Source: Macrostomum lignano (lineage: Eukaryota). Taken from it: a stretch of DNA of 64,000 bases. The notes under the pieces were generated by a model, which saw only the letters and a program-made list of their open reading frames with translations, was not told where the DNA came from and did not search any database. Location: positions 477,199 through 541,198 of the forward strand of contig NIVC01000082.1 of NCBI GenBank assembly GCA_002269645.1. Reading direction: 5' to 3'. Positions 1 to 11,136 of the stretch are shown here, in pieces. Positions within the stretch are counted from its first letter, which is position 1; each line of letters opens with the position of its first letter. Position numbers and translations under genes: made by a program.

Positions 1-156
1 AGCAGAAAATTATTCCCACGGTACCGTTGGAATAATACAGAAATTATTCCTACGGTACCGTGGGGATAAGCACTGCCAAAAAGAAAAGAAAATTGTTGAT
101 TTTGTGCTACTGACGTTTTTTATTGATTCAACTTTCCCTTCCTCGCGGCAGCCAAG

Positions 157-847
157 GACGACTTAAGTAGAAGGACGGGAAACCTCGTTTCTTAGAAAAG
201 TTTTGAAGGCACTTTTTCCCGAAAAAATACACTACGGAGATAGGAAGTTTTCATTTTTTCAGCACAAAAATTGTTATTGCGTTTGATAGGAGGCAGATCC
301 AGTGTTCATCTTTTGATATGTTGTGCCTTTTTTATTGCTCTATCGATATTTATAAAGCTTTTCGTTCAGAAAATTAGGATTCTATGTTAATTTTTTATTC
401 CACGTATATTTTCGCGTGTCTTGTGCTTGAAATACATTAGAATGCCACGGCTCGGCTCTTTAGCTTCGTGAGTCTATTTTATCATTCTTACCCGACTGTG
501 TAGCAAATATTTGTAACAGAGATGATAAAATAGGTTCATAAAACCAAATATTGGAGCTGTGTCATGCATTTTTGTGATTTTTAGATACAGGAAATATACG
601 TAGAATAAAAAATTAACATAGAATCCTAATTTTCTGAACGAAAAGCTTTATAAATATCGATAGAGCAATAAAAAAGGCACAACATATCAAAAGATGAACA
701 CTGGATCTGCCTCCTATCAAACGCAATAACAATTTTTTGTGCTGAAAAAATGAAAACTTCCTATCTCCGTAGTGTATTTTTTCGGGAAAAAGTGCCTTCA
801 AAACTTTTCTAAGAAACGAGGTTTCCCGTCCTTCTACTTAAGTCGTC
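157..847. mobile_element. Foldback/MITE-like element with ~255-bp inverted arms
   Basis: 157-411 is a near-perfect reverse complement of 591-847 (gacgacttaagtagaagg... / ...ccttctacttaagtcgtc), with a ~180-bp spacer and no ORF. A diverged arm copy lies at ~36105-36295. Confidence 0.75.
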
Positions 848-1788
848 TGTGGCAGGCGGATGCCACTATTGATTTGAAGTTTGAAACGGTGACAAATTTT
901 GCCTGTCGGAACTGCCCGTGTGGTGTTCCCTTGTTTGCCCTCCAGAGTCTGGATTTGCGTCCATTGCAATTTCCATTATATTTTCCACGCGGTGCGCGTT
1001 CGTTCCCAGGTGCTGATTCGTTTGTTGGAATGCGCTTCCCACGGTTTAATTTTGCTCGATCCAGCGCTGGTGCAGTGCGCATCCATTGCTTAGTCCCGTC
1101 ACTGCTCCAGCGGGAGAGCTACTTTTTTCTTTTATATAAACCCTACCTTTTGGTGCGATAATGTATGTGTTTTTCGTGTTCTTGTGTTTTCCCCTCTGCT
1201 CGACTCTGGCTCTGTTTTAGACATTTTCCTCGCGCATTTTCTCTCGTTTAACCAGTTATAATTATCCGGCGCCGCCGACGAATCACACTCGCTCGTAGTC
1301 CTTAATATTTTAATAATAATTAGTAAGCCTGCTCAATTCCCTCTTAAGGAACATTTAATAAACGATAAACCCCTTTTATTCATTAAACTATAAGCCATAG
1401 TATTTATTTGAGTCATTTGCCCGTGGGACGTAAAACAACCAAGTTCTCATCTCAAAGATAGCTCTGGGACTTATCCGTTCCGTAATACGTAAATTACGGT
1501 GGTGGCAGCAACTACCCTACTGAAAGTAACAAACTCAGCTATTCGACGCATTATTTTACGGAGTCAGGAATCTCCGATTACAGTGTTTCATCGATTTGAA
1601 CGACCTCGCCGCTACACGACCGCTCCGCTACGATTACGACTACCCTCCCCCCGGAACTTGAGGACCACGGCTGTCGGAGTAAATCAGGAGAAGAATTTTG
1701 TTGAGATTCGTCTGCGCGATTTTTCCGGTTTTATTCGTGCGAACTCAACATTCGGCGGCAATTCAAACGAGGAATCCGCCCCACCTCA
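848..1788 (+). mobile_element. Probable LTR followed by a degenerate PBS
   Basis: Starts TGTGG, ends CA at 1788, then 1 nt and TGGTGTTAG (tRNA-Leu PBS-like). TATATAAA at ~1133. Shares the motif gtggcagc(a)actacc..ctactga.agt with the LTR at 18390-19372. Confidence 0.45.
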
Positions 1789-2901
1789 CTGGTGTTAGTA
1801 AATTCTCAAAACCGACCAATCTTCCGAGAGGAGGAAAAACTTCTCCACCCCCACCTCACGTCCTTGGCGGCAGCTTTGTTGCGTAACTTGAGGGTTGAAT
1901 TGTGAGTAAGAAGTTGTCGCAATAGTTGAGAAAATTTTCGTCTCGCTTGGAGGGTAAAACTTTTGTCTTTTGCTGAGTATATTTAAGACTATCAATTCCT
2001 ACTGCCATGAGCACACTTTGAACATCTTAGAGGCAATGTACATCAAAGATCAAAACCCAATTGGCCAAGCCTAAACTGCTAGCTAGCTATGGGGGGTGCC
2101 AGCCACCAACTTAGCATGTTTTAGCTTAGAGTATATGCTATTGCATTATGTGTTAGAACTTGTTTCAATTGAAAACTAGATATATTACTTTATACTGTGT
2201 ATTTAACTTATTAGCTACAGGTAGGCCTATATTTATTCAATTTTCTATTAAAATTTTCAGTTTCATTATTACCCTAATGATGACCCACAAGGGTTGAAAT
2301 GCAATGGCAATTAAATTAAAATAAATAAAGACAAGTTAATGTTTGTTCTCTCATTTATTTTATTACTATAATATTATATTTGTTTGATTGGCTAGGTTGA
2401 ATAATAGTTATATATGCCATTTTTTAATTTGCACATTGTCACTATTTTATTAGTATTTTATAATTCATTTCAAAATGCTTAATAAATATTTTTATAATTG
2501 TGGGTTTTAAAGACTTTTTAAGACCTTTCTATCTATTTTTAATTTTGAATAATTTGTATATAATTGTGAAGTTTTTACACTTACAGAAACTTTTGTTGTT
2601 CACATAAACTTATAGCAATATAGGCCCTAAAGGATAAAATGGTAATATTGAAAATTTATTAGATTTTTTATTTTTATAGATGCCAGCTAATATCCTAGTT
2701 TCTACTTTGGTATTCTAAGTTTAGATCTTGAAATAACATCCACTTTTTAAAAAAATATATGAATTTTCTGCTTCTACTTAATAATGATCCTAGTTTATAC
2801 TTGTCATTTCAATCATTGCATTATTTTGTGATAGAACCTATTGTAAATATAAAGCCTATAATCTCTTTTCAGATTTGAGCTTTGGTATTTAATGCAGCAG
2901 C

Positions 2902-5900
2902 ATGAACTATATAGTGGCACGCTGCACTTCGCCTAGTTCTGACTGCGACTTGAACAGTACAGATGCTTCTATTAGTATTGATCATGAGAATGGAAGATCT
3001 CAGACTAGACTTATGCCATCATTTTGCTCACGTCAACAGCTTGTACAAGAATTGAAGTTTACCAGATTACGATGGGATTTAAATGATATTAACTACTTTC
3101 TCTATTCACAGGTAAATGTTGTAATATTATATATTTTACTTGCAGAGCCATTTTTTGCAGAGCCATTTTATTTGCACAGCCATTTTTTGCAGAGCCATTT
3201 TTTTGCAGAGCCATTTTATTTGTAGAGCCATTTTATTTGCAGAGCCATTTTATTTGCACAGCCATTTTTTGCAGAGCCATTTTTTTGCAGAGCGATTTTA
3301 TTTGCAGAGCCATTTTATTTGCACAGCCATTTTTTGCAGAGCCATTTTATTTGCAGAGCCATTTTATTTGCACACCTGTGCAAATAGTGCTGACACCTCC
3401 TGGCATCACAGCCAGATCATGAGGCTGTGGATGACCTCGGTTGGCTTGGACTGTTGGACAGCCGCACTTTGGCTGTGGCAGCAAAGTTCAGCACAGCAGG
3501 GACTCGCAGAGGTCAGTGCAGCGCGCAACGCCGCACTGAGCGGCGGCGCGAGTGCAACTGGCGAGGGCGATTCCATAGCGCGGCCAGGCGCCTGTTGTCC
3601 CCAGTCCCTGCTACCTCAACTATGGATCCGCCGGGTGGCGCCAGGGACCATCTGGCCCCAGCTGTACCAGGTGGCCGCTTCAGGCTCGGCACGATGAACT
3701 GCCGAACTCTGAAGGCCCCCTGGTGTCGCACCATCCTTGTCCAGCTGGCCCACGACCTACAGCTGGACCTCGTCTCGCTGCAGGAGGTTTCTATCGTGGC
3801 TGAGCCGGGGCTCCACTATGAGAACCTCGGAGCCGGCTGGAGCCTCCTGTACACGTCGGCAGACAACTGCGGCCGGGGCGGTGTCGGCGTGCTGATCGGA
3901 CCGCGCCTCCAGCAGAGCGTGCACTGCATCTCGCTGTCCCCGCGACTGATGCGGGTCGAACAGCATCCGGCTGTTCTGCGCGTATGCACCCACCGCTGCT
4001 CACCCCGAGGAGGCTCGTGCCTTCTTCGACTTCCTGGCTGGGCAGCTGGAAGAGGTGCCAAACCGCGACACGCTGGCAGTGCTCGGAGACCTGAACGCAG
4101 TCCCGCGGAGGTCCGAGCGCTCGCCCTTTGTCGCGGGACGCGAGAACGCCAACACCGATGCGCTGGAGGACCTGCTTGACCGGCTGGACCTGGTGTCCGC
4201 GAACACCCAGTTCCGCAAGCCCCCTGCCCGCCTGGTCACCTTTGCGGGCTGCAAGAGAAGGCGGAGGAACGCACGCGGGCGGAATGCCACGAGGAGACTG
4301 ACGCAACTCGATCATGCGCTGGTTCGCACTCGCGAGCACCGTCGCGTCACCAGCTGCGACACCATGGCTCCGCTGGCTCTCCGGTCAGACCACCGACTCC
4401 TGATCTGCGACTTGCGGCTCCGCGACCAGCTCTACCGACCGCCAAAGCAGCGGCCACGGTGCTACTATCGCGCACTGTTGGACACCCGCGTGAAGCGTCA
4501 ATTCGCGGGTGCCTTCGTCGGCGCGCTTGGAGACCAGCGCGAGGCGGAGTATTCCGACATCAGCACCGCCGTTAGAGCCGCTGCAGAGCAGACGGTCCCG
4601 CTGATGCGGCCAGCGCAGAAATCGCTGCCTGTCTGGCAGAGCGACCCCACCATCAGGCAGGCGCGGCTCAACATCGAGCGACTCCGCAGAAACCGGAGGC
4701 CCACAGGCGACGCCGAAGACGCATTTGAGCGCCTTCTTGACGAGCAGCAGCAGGCCGCTGTCGACGACGCCATTAGGTCCATCACTGCAGCCGGCCCCGA
4801 TGTGAAGAGCCGCGCAGTGTGGACGGCCTTCCAGACTCTGACGGAGCGCAAAAAGCGCGTGGCGCTGAACCTGGCCAGCGACACCCCGGAGGAGCGCAGG
4901 AATGAATTGCGCGACTTCTTCGCCGGCATTGTGAACGCGCCAGCGTCGCCGCTGCCCGCTAGCTTTGCGCTCCCACTGGACACGCCGCTCCCAGCTGAGG
5001 AGGACTTCTGCACCAGACCAGTCGCCACGGAAGACGTTGTGCTGTACGTTCGGAAAACATCAGGCGGCAAGGCGCTCGGCCCCGGTGAAGTCCCGGTCGA
5101 AGCGCTGCGGCTCCGCTGTGTGGCCTCCCAGGTCACAGGCGTCATGAACCGCGTGCTCGCCGGCGCTTCTGCGCCTACTGAGTGGACCGTCGCGCACATC
5201 GTGCCGATCCCAAAGAAGGCAGGGACAACGCGGAAGGAAGACCACCGCGGGATCTCGCTGATGTCCTGCACCGCGAAGCTCTTCAACCGGCTGCTGCTCG
5301 ATCGCCTGCAGTCGGTGCTGGACCCGTACCTGCGGTACGAGCAGAACGGATTCCGGCCGCAACGCGGTACAGTGACACAGATCCTCGCACTCCGCCGTGT
5401 CATCGAGGAGGCGCGCATCCGCCAGTCTACGCTGATCATTGTCTTCGTTGACTTTCGAAAGGCGTTTGACTCGGTGTTGAGAGCCGCGCTTCCCTTTGTC
5501 ATTCGAGCCTACCGGGTACCCCGGCAGCTAATCGACGCTGTCATGGCGCTGGACGGCCTGTCTGACCTGTTCGATACTTCAGGGTGACACGCTAGCGCCG
5601 TTCCTCTTCGTGCTGCTGCTGGACTGGGTGCTTCGGACCGCACTCCCCTCGGCTAATGACGGCTTCCTGCTGCGCAGACGCATCGGTCGCCGCCACGGCG
5701 AAAAGCGCCTAAGCGTGCTTGGCTACGCCGACGACCTCGCCCTCCTGTCCTCGTCCGTTGAAGGCGCCCAGCGCCACATCGACAGGCTGGTCGAGGTGGC
5801 ATCGAGCGTCGGTCTGATCGTCAACACGCTGAAGACCGAGGTGCTGACTGTGCCGGCCGACATCCCAGCGGACCTGACGTGCTGCGGCGCAGACGGGCAG

Positions 5901-8900
5901 ACGACCAGGCTCGCACGCTGCCAGCGGTTCACCTACCTCGGCGGTCTGGTGTCCCACGTGGAAGAGGACCTCCGGCGGCGCAGAGGACTTGCCTGGACGG
6001 CCTTTCGTTCGATCCGAGCCTCCAGTCCTCCAGTCCGAAGCGCTGCCCGAACGCCAGAGGGCTCGGCTGCGATAGGCGGTGGTCGAAACCGTCCTGCTCT
6101 ACAACGCCGAGACGTGGACGCTGACGGCTACGCTAGAGCGGCAGCTGGACTCGGCGCACTCAGGGCTGCTCCGTGCGGCCTTTCGAGCTGACGAGAGCGT
6201 CGGGACCGAGGCCCTGTACGATCGGGCCAAGCTGCAGCGCCCGTCCATCATTCTGCGCCGGCGGCGACTTCAACTGGCGGGTCACGTGATCCGGGCCGAG
6301 GGCTACTGCCCCCAACCTGTTCAGGACGTCCTGCTGCTCACCTTGCAGGGTCCGTTCAGGCGGGGTCAGGCCCGAACCCGTCGATACGTGGACTGCCTGC
6401 TGTGCGACGCTGGGGCGCCCGACACTGCCAACGGAGCGGACTTCGTTCGCTCCAAGGCTCTGCGGCGCGCCATTTGACGCGCCCTGCTCTAACTGTGACT
6501 GTGCAGTGTGCATGCGGGGTCGCGTATTTTGTTGTTGTTGTTGTTGTATTATACAACTATGTCATATTCCACCAGATAAGTAAATGGGATGCAGAATCAA
6601 ACAATGAGTGAGTGCAATATAGTATTGGGCGATTAGAGAATCGCAGTGAAAAGATCTAGGAACAAGATAAAATAAGAGATTCGATGGACTGAGTGAGCAG
6701 ACTGGCAGATTCGATAGACTCAGTGAGCAGACTGGCAGATTCGATATAGACTGATTGAGCAGACTGGCAGATTCGATAGACTCAGTGAGCAGACTGGCAG
6801 ATTCGATATAGACTCAGTGAGCAGATTGGCAGATTCGATATAGACTCAGTGAGCAGACTGGCAGATTCGATATAGACTCAGTGAGCAGACTAGCAGATTC
6901 GATATAGACTCAGTGAGCAGACTGGCAGATTCGATATAGACTCAGTGAGCAGACTGGCAGATTCGATATAGACTCAGTGAGCAGACTGGCAGATTCGATA
7001 GACTCAGTGAGCAGACTGGCAGATTTTATAGACTCAGTGAGCAGACTGGCAGATTTTATAGACTCAGTGAGCAGACTGGCAGATTCAATAGACTCAGTGA
7101 GCAGACTGGCAGATTCGATATAGACTCAGTGAGCAGATTGGCAGATTCGATATAGACTGATTGAGCAGACTGGCAGATTCGATAGACTCAGTGAGCAGAC
7201 TGGCAGATTCGATATAGACTCAGTGAGCAGACTGGCAGATTCGATATAGACTCAGTGAGCAGATTGGCAGATTCGATATAGACTCAGTGAGCAGACTGGC
7301 AGATTTTATAGACTCAGTGAGCAGACTGGCAGATTTTATAGACTCAGTGAGCAGACTGGCAGATTCAATAGACTCAGTGAGCAGACTGGCAGATTCGATA
7401 GACTCAATGAGCAGACTGGCAGATTCGATATAGACTCAGTGAGCAGATTGGCAGATTCGATATAGCTCAGTGAGCAGACTGGCAGATTCGATATAGACTG
7501 ATTGAGCAGACTGGCAGATTCGATAGACTCAGTGAGCAGACTGGCAGATTCGATATAGACTCAGTGAGCAGATTGGCAGATTCGATATAGACTCAGTGAG
7601 CAGACTGGCAGATTCGATATAGACTCAGTGAGCAAACTGGCAGATTCGATATAGACTCAGTGAGCAGACTGGCAGATTCGATATAGACTCAGTGAGCAAA
7701 CTGGCAGATTCGATATAGACTCAGTGAGCAAACTGGCAGATTCGATATAGACTCAGTGAGCAGACTGGCAGATTCGATATAGACTCAGTGAGCAGACTGG
7801 CAGATTCGATATAGACTCAGTGAGCAGACTGGCAGATTCGATATAGACTCAGTGAGCAAACTGGCAGATTCGATATAGACTCAGTGAGCAAACTGGCAGA
7901 TTCGATATAGACTCAATCAGCAGACTGGCAGACTTAAATAATTCTGCTTCCCCACCCACCCCACCCGCTGGAAATCGCAGCTGTGCTCAGTGTGGACTCT
8001 GTGGCTGGTCCGCCTCGGCCTCACAACCGCCTACGCTTTCACTCTAATCTACGTATGCGTCACCTCGGCATCCGTTGCCATCGAAGCGGAATACGACGAA
8101 GTGCCAAATCCGTTTGAAGATTGGACAGCGGATGGGGAGAGTTCGCCAGCTGATGGCGCCGGAAATGCCAGCCTTGCCAGCAGAGGTGCGACAGAGGCTG
8201 AGACCCAACAAAAGCAACAGCCGTTTATCGTGTACTTGACTTATTGGAATTTTTTAGTGACCTGCATCTATCTGATTGGCTCCAGTGCTATTATGCTGAT
8301 AGTGAAGCTGACTGATGGAGATGCCTATAGGCTTAATGATGGGCCATATCTGGTTGCTTGGGATCATAAGGTACGTAATTATGCTTTCATTACCTTAAGT
8401 TTATATCAAGTTTTTAAAAACGATTAATGTATATGTTCTACCGAAGACGAAAGCAAAGAAATTGGCTTTGCAAAGTATTTATATACATATCGGTAATAAC
8501 ATTTTATTAAGCTGATTTTTTGTGTGGATTCGAGGACTGGGGGAGTAGAATGGCAGATTCTGGGACTAAAAAAGGATGCAATGGCAGATTCTGGGACTAA
8601 AAGGGATAGAATGGCAGATTCTGGGACTAAAAAGGGATAGAATGGCAGATTCGGAGACTAAAAGGAGGTAGAATGGCAGATTCGGAGACTAAAAGGAGGT
8701 AGAATGGCAGATTCGGAGACTAAAAGGAGGTAGAATGGCAGATTCATGTACTAAGGGAGTTCAATAAACCAACCAATCAATCAACTAAAGAATAGCAAAT
8801 TCTAATATTGAGGGAATGGAATGGCAGATTAGATTGAATAATGGAGTAAAATGGCACATTTAGAATGAGTGAGTGGAAGGGCAGTTCGAGAACTGAGAGG

Positions 8901-9610
8901 TAAAAGACAGACCTAAAAATAGCAACAAATGCTACTTTTTCTACTGTAAGTAGTTAACTTAAGGCATCATTTAAGTTTCATTAAAAAGCATTAATAAATT
9001 GCTAGCGTTAATTTCATATCCACTTACATGTAAATCTCTCCCCTCTCAGATGAAGCGTCGACCAATCAGCAGCCTGCCAGTGTGGTTCGCGGCCCACTGT
9101 ATCTGGCTGGCTATGCACACCAGCTACACCGGCTCCCTGTTAGTAACCTGCATCGGCCTATGGCACTCGTTAATTCGGCCAACCTATGCCCGACTGTTTA
9201 TGCACGGCTGCAATAGTTTTTTAATGCTAGCCGATGCTTTCACAACCGGTTTACCATTTCGGCTGGCTTATTTAATCTATGTTGAATTAGCCGGTTGGTT
9301 GTATTTGGCTTTCTCAGCCGTGTACTGGAGCTTCGATCCGTTTGGCAACGTGCTTTATCCGGGCCTGTTGGACTGGAATTCGCCCAGCTGGTCAGTAGCC
9401 GTGGCCTGTATTGTATCGCTAGTTTGTACTCCAACTCTGCACTGTCTCAGCTGGCTGTTTGCTGGGCGTTGGCGCGACTGGCTGGCCCGGCGAAGGCGCT
9501 TAACCCGACAGCTGAATGATCCTAGCAGGCGGCAGTGTCTGATTGCACCGCCTGCGGCTGGGGAGACCGCTGCTGCTAAAATGACGGCGAATGCTGAAGA
9601 TGTTTGTTGA
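2902..9610 (+). CDS. rost: Rolling stone / FAR-17a-AIG1-like multipass membrane protein
   Basis: Exons 2902-3111, 7981-8370, 9050-9610, all GT-AG phase 0. Motifs FIVYLTYWNF, HGCNS..LADAF..LPFRL, YPGLLDW match the rolling stone family. Confidence 0.8.
3140..3375. repeat. 17-18-bp tandem repeat (tgcagagccattttatt) in rost intron 1
   Basis: Directly visible; explains ORFs 3140..3697 and 3237..3422. Confidence 0.95.
3385..6548 (+). mobile_element. Near full-length decayed non-LTR retrotransposon (RTE-like, APE endonuclease + RT)
   Basis: APE motifs GTMNCRTL, SLQE, LGDLNA, TQLDHALV, SDHRLL. RT motifs GFRPQRGT, FVDFRKAFDSV, QGDTLAPFLF, GYADDLAL. No separate ORF1, (TTG)n tail at ~6529-6548. Several frameshifts and small internal deletions (~3960, ~5550, ~5580, ~6020). 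Confidence 0.92.
6677..7933. repeat. 30-32-bp minisatellite (gactcagtgagcagactggcagattcgatata)
   Basis: About 40 visible units in rost intron 1. Confidence 0.97.
8547..8750. repeat. 31-bp minisatellite (tagaatggcagattcggagactaaaaggagg)
   Basis: About 6-7 units in rost intron 2. Confidence 0.9.
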
Positions 9611-10499
9611 TTTGTTTGGGGGGGGGTTGTCTAGCAATGGTTGTTAAGAGGTCGCTAAAAACTGAATCCTACTTACTATCCAGGAAACCAAAATCGCAGG
9701 TGCCAAATCTGCATATCCCAGATTTTATATTCAGAGATCCCAAATCCCCAGATCATGTCAAAGATCCCATGCCAATTTGACAATCCCAGACACTGGCTTC
9801 TGTGATCCCATGTTTTCAAGGCTCCTATAGAACTCCCGAGAGTTTCAATACTCCAGTTGCACATCATCAAATGCATATCATCAGGTCTCAAAGAAGTCCC
9901 AAGGTCTATCTATTGATTCAAGTTTATATCCTTAGTGTTTGTTTTCTTCTCACAAAAATCTTGTTTCACAGACTGCAATATGCTTTCAATGCTTAGGTAA
10001 TAAATATTGTGAGCTGTAATCTCACTGTTGTTGCACTTTGTTGCGTATTTGTTAAAATTCGTAATTTTTACGCATATCTTTACTGTCATTTTTTTCCACG
10101 CGTGTGCATACTACTTGTTTGTCAGTAGTTCGGTGTTTTTATCTACAGCTCAGTATTGGTTTTAAACGTAAACGTTTACTTTTTTAGCATGTATATACAT
10201 GAAGGGTTCCAGGTTATTGGCGCAATTGACACTCGAGTCAATTTTCTATTTGTATATTTATAAAGGACCTCGTTTAATTCATGCCAATTGCAATTTGATT
10301 GATCTATCATTTTCAAATTATATATACACTGCATATATATAATTTTTGTGTATTTATCATTGTGATAAAGTACATTGTAGTCTTGAATTATTAACGGTGC
10401 AATTTTTGTTGTATTCATAAAAACGTTCGTTCGATACTTTATTTATACTAGCACTTAAACATGAACAAACATCTGAAAAGGCATAGAAATGACATTCCC

Positions 10500-11075
10500 T
10501 AATTAACCGCACCTGAACAGCCACCTCATACTCAAACTAATTAAAGCACACACCCACCCCAATTATCCGCACCTGCACAGCCACCTCCTACTCAAACTAA
10601 TTAAAGCACACTCCAATAATCCGCACCTGAACAGCCACCTCATACTCAAACTAATTAAATCAAGCACCCCAATTATCCACTCACCTGAACAGCCACCTCA
10701 TACTCAAACTAATTAAATAAAGCACCCCAATTATCCTCACCTGAACAGCCACCTCATACTACTCAAACTAATTAAATAAAGCACACTCCAATTATCCTCA
10801 CCTGAGCAGCCACCTCATACTCAAACTAATTAAAGCACACTCCAATTATCCTCACCTGAACAGCCACCTCATACTCAAACTGATTAAATAAAGCACCCCC
10901 AATAATCCGCACCTGAACAGCCACCTCAAACTCAATGTAATTAAATCAAGAACCCCAATTATCCGCACCTGAACAGCCACCTCAAACTCAATCTAATTAA
11001 ATCAAGCACCCTAATTATCCGCACCTGAACAGCCACCTCATACTCAAACTAATTAAATGACACACCCAAATTATA
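10500..11075. repeat. ~55-60-bp minisatellite (ccgcacctgaacagccacctcatactcaaactaattaaa...)
   Basis: About 10 units upstream of the MARCH-like acceptor. Confidence 0.92.
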
Positions 11076-11136
11076 TTTATTTGCACAGATACTCAACCTG
11101 GGCCACGCTAGTTAATATCATCTGCTCTGTTTCCAG

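Noticed and set aside
3385-3500. Possible HDV-like ribozyme at the LINE 5' end
   Set aside because: Could not build P3/L3/P1 pairing around cacctcctgg by hand; needs a descriptor search.
4498-5502. 334-aa antisense ORF
   Set aside because: Shadow ORF of the GC-rich LINE RT frame.
6677-7933. CRISPR-like appearance of ~32-bp repeats
   Set aside because: Head-to-tail units with no unique spacers and no cas genes, in a eukaryotic context.
9972-9996. Mini-exon with ATGs as MARCH-like first exon
   Set aside because: Splicing to 11089 or 11137 gives a frame ending at TAG 11243-45, not the RING frame (unless an indel error exists).
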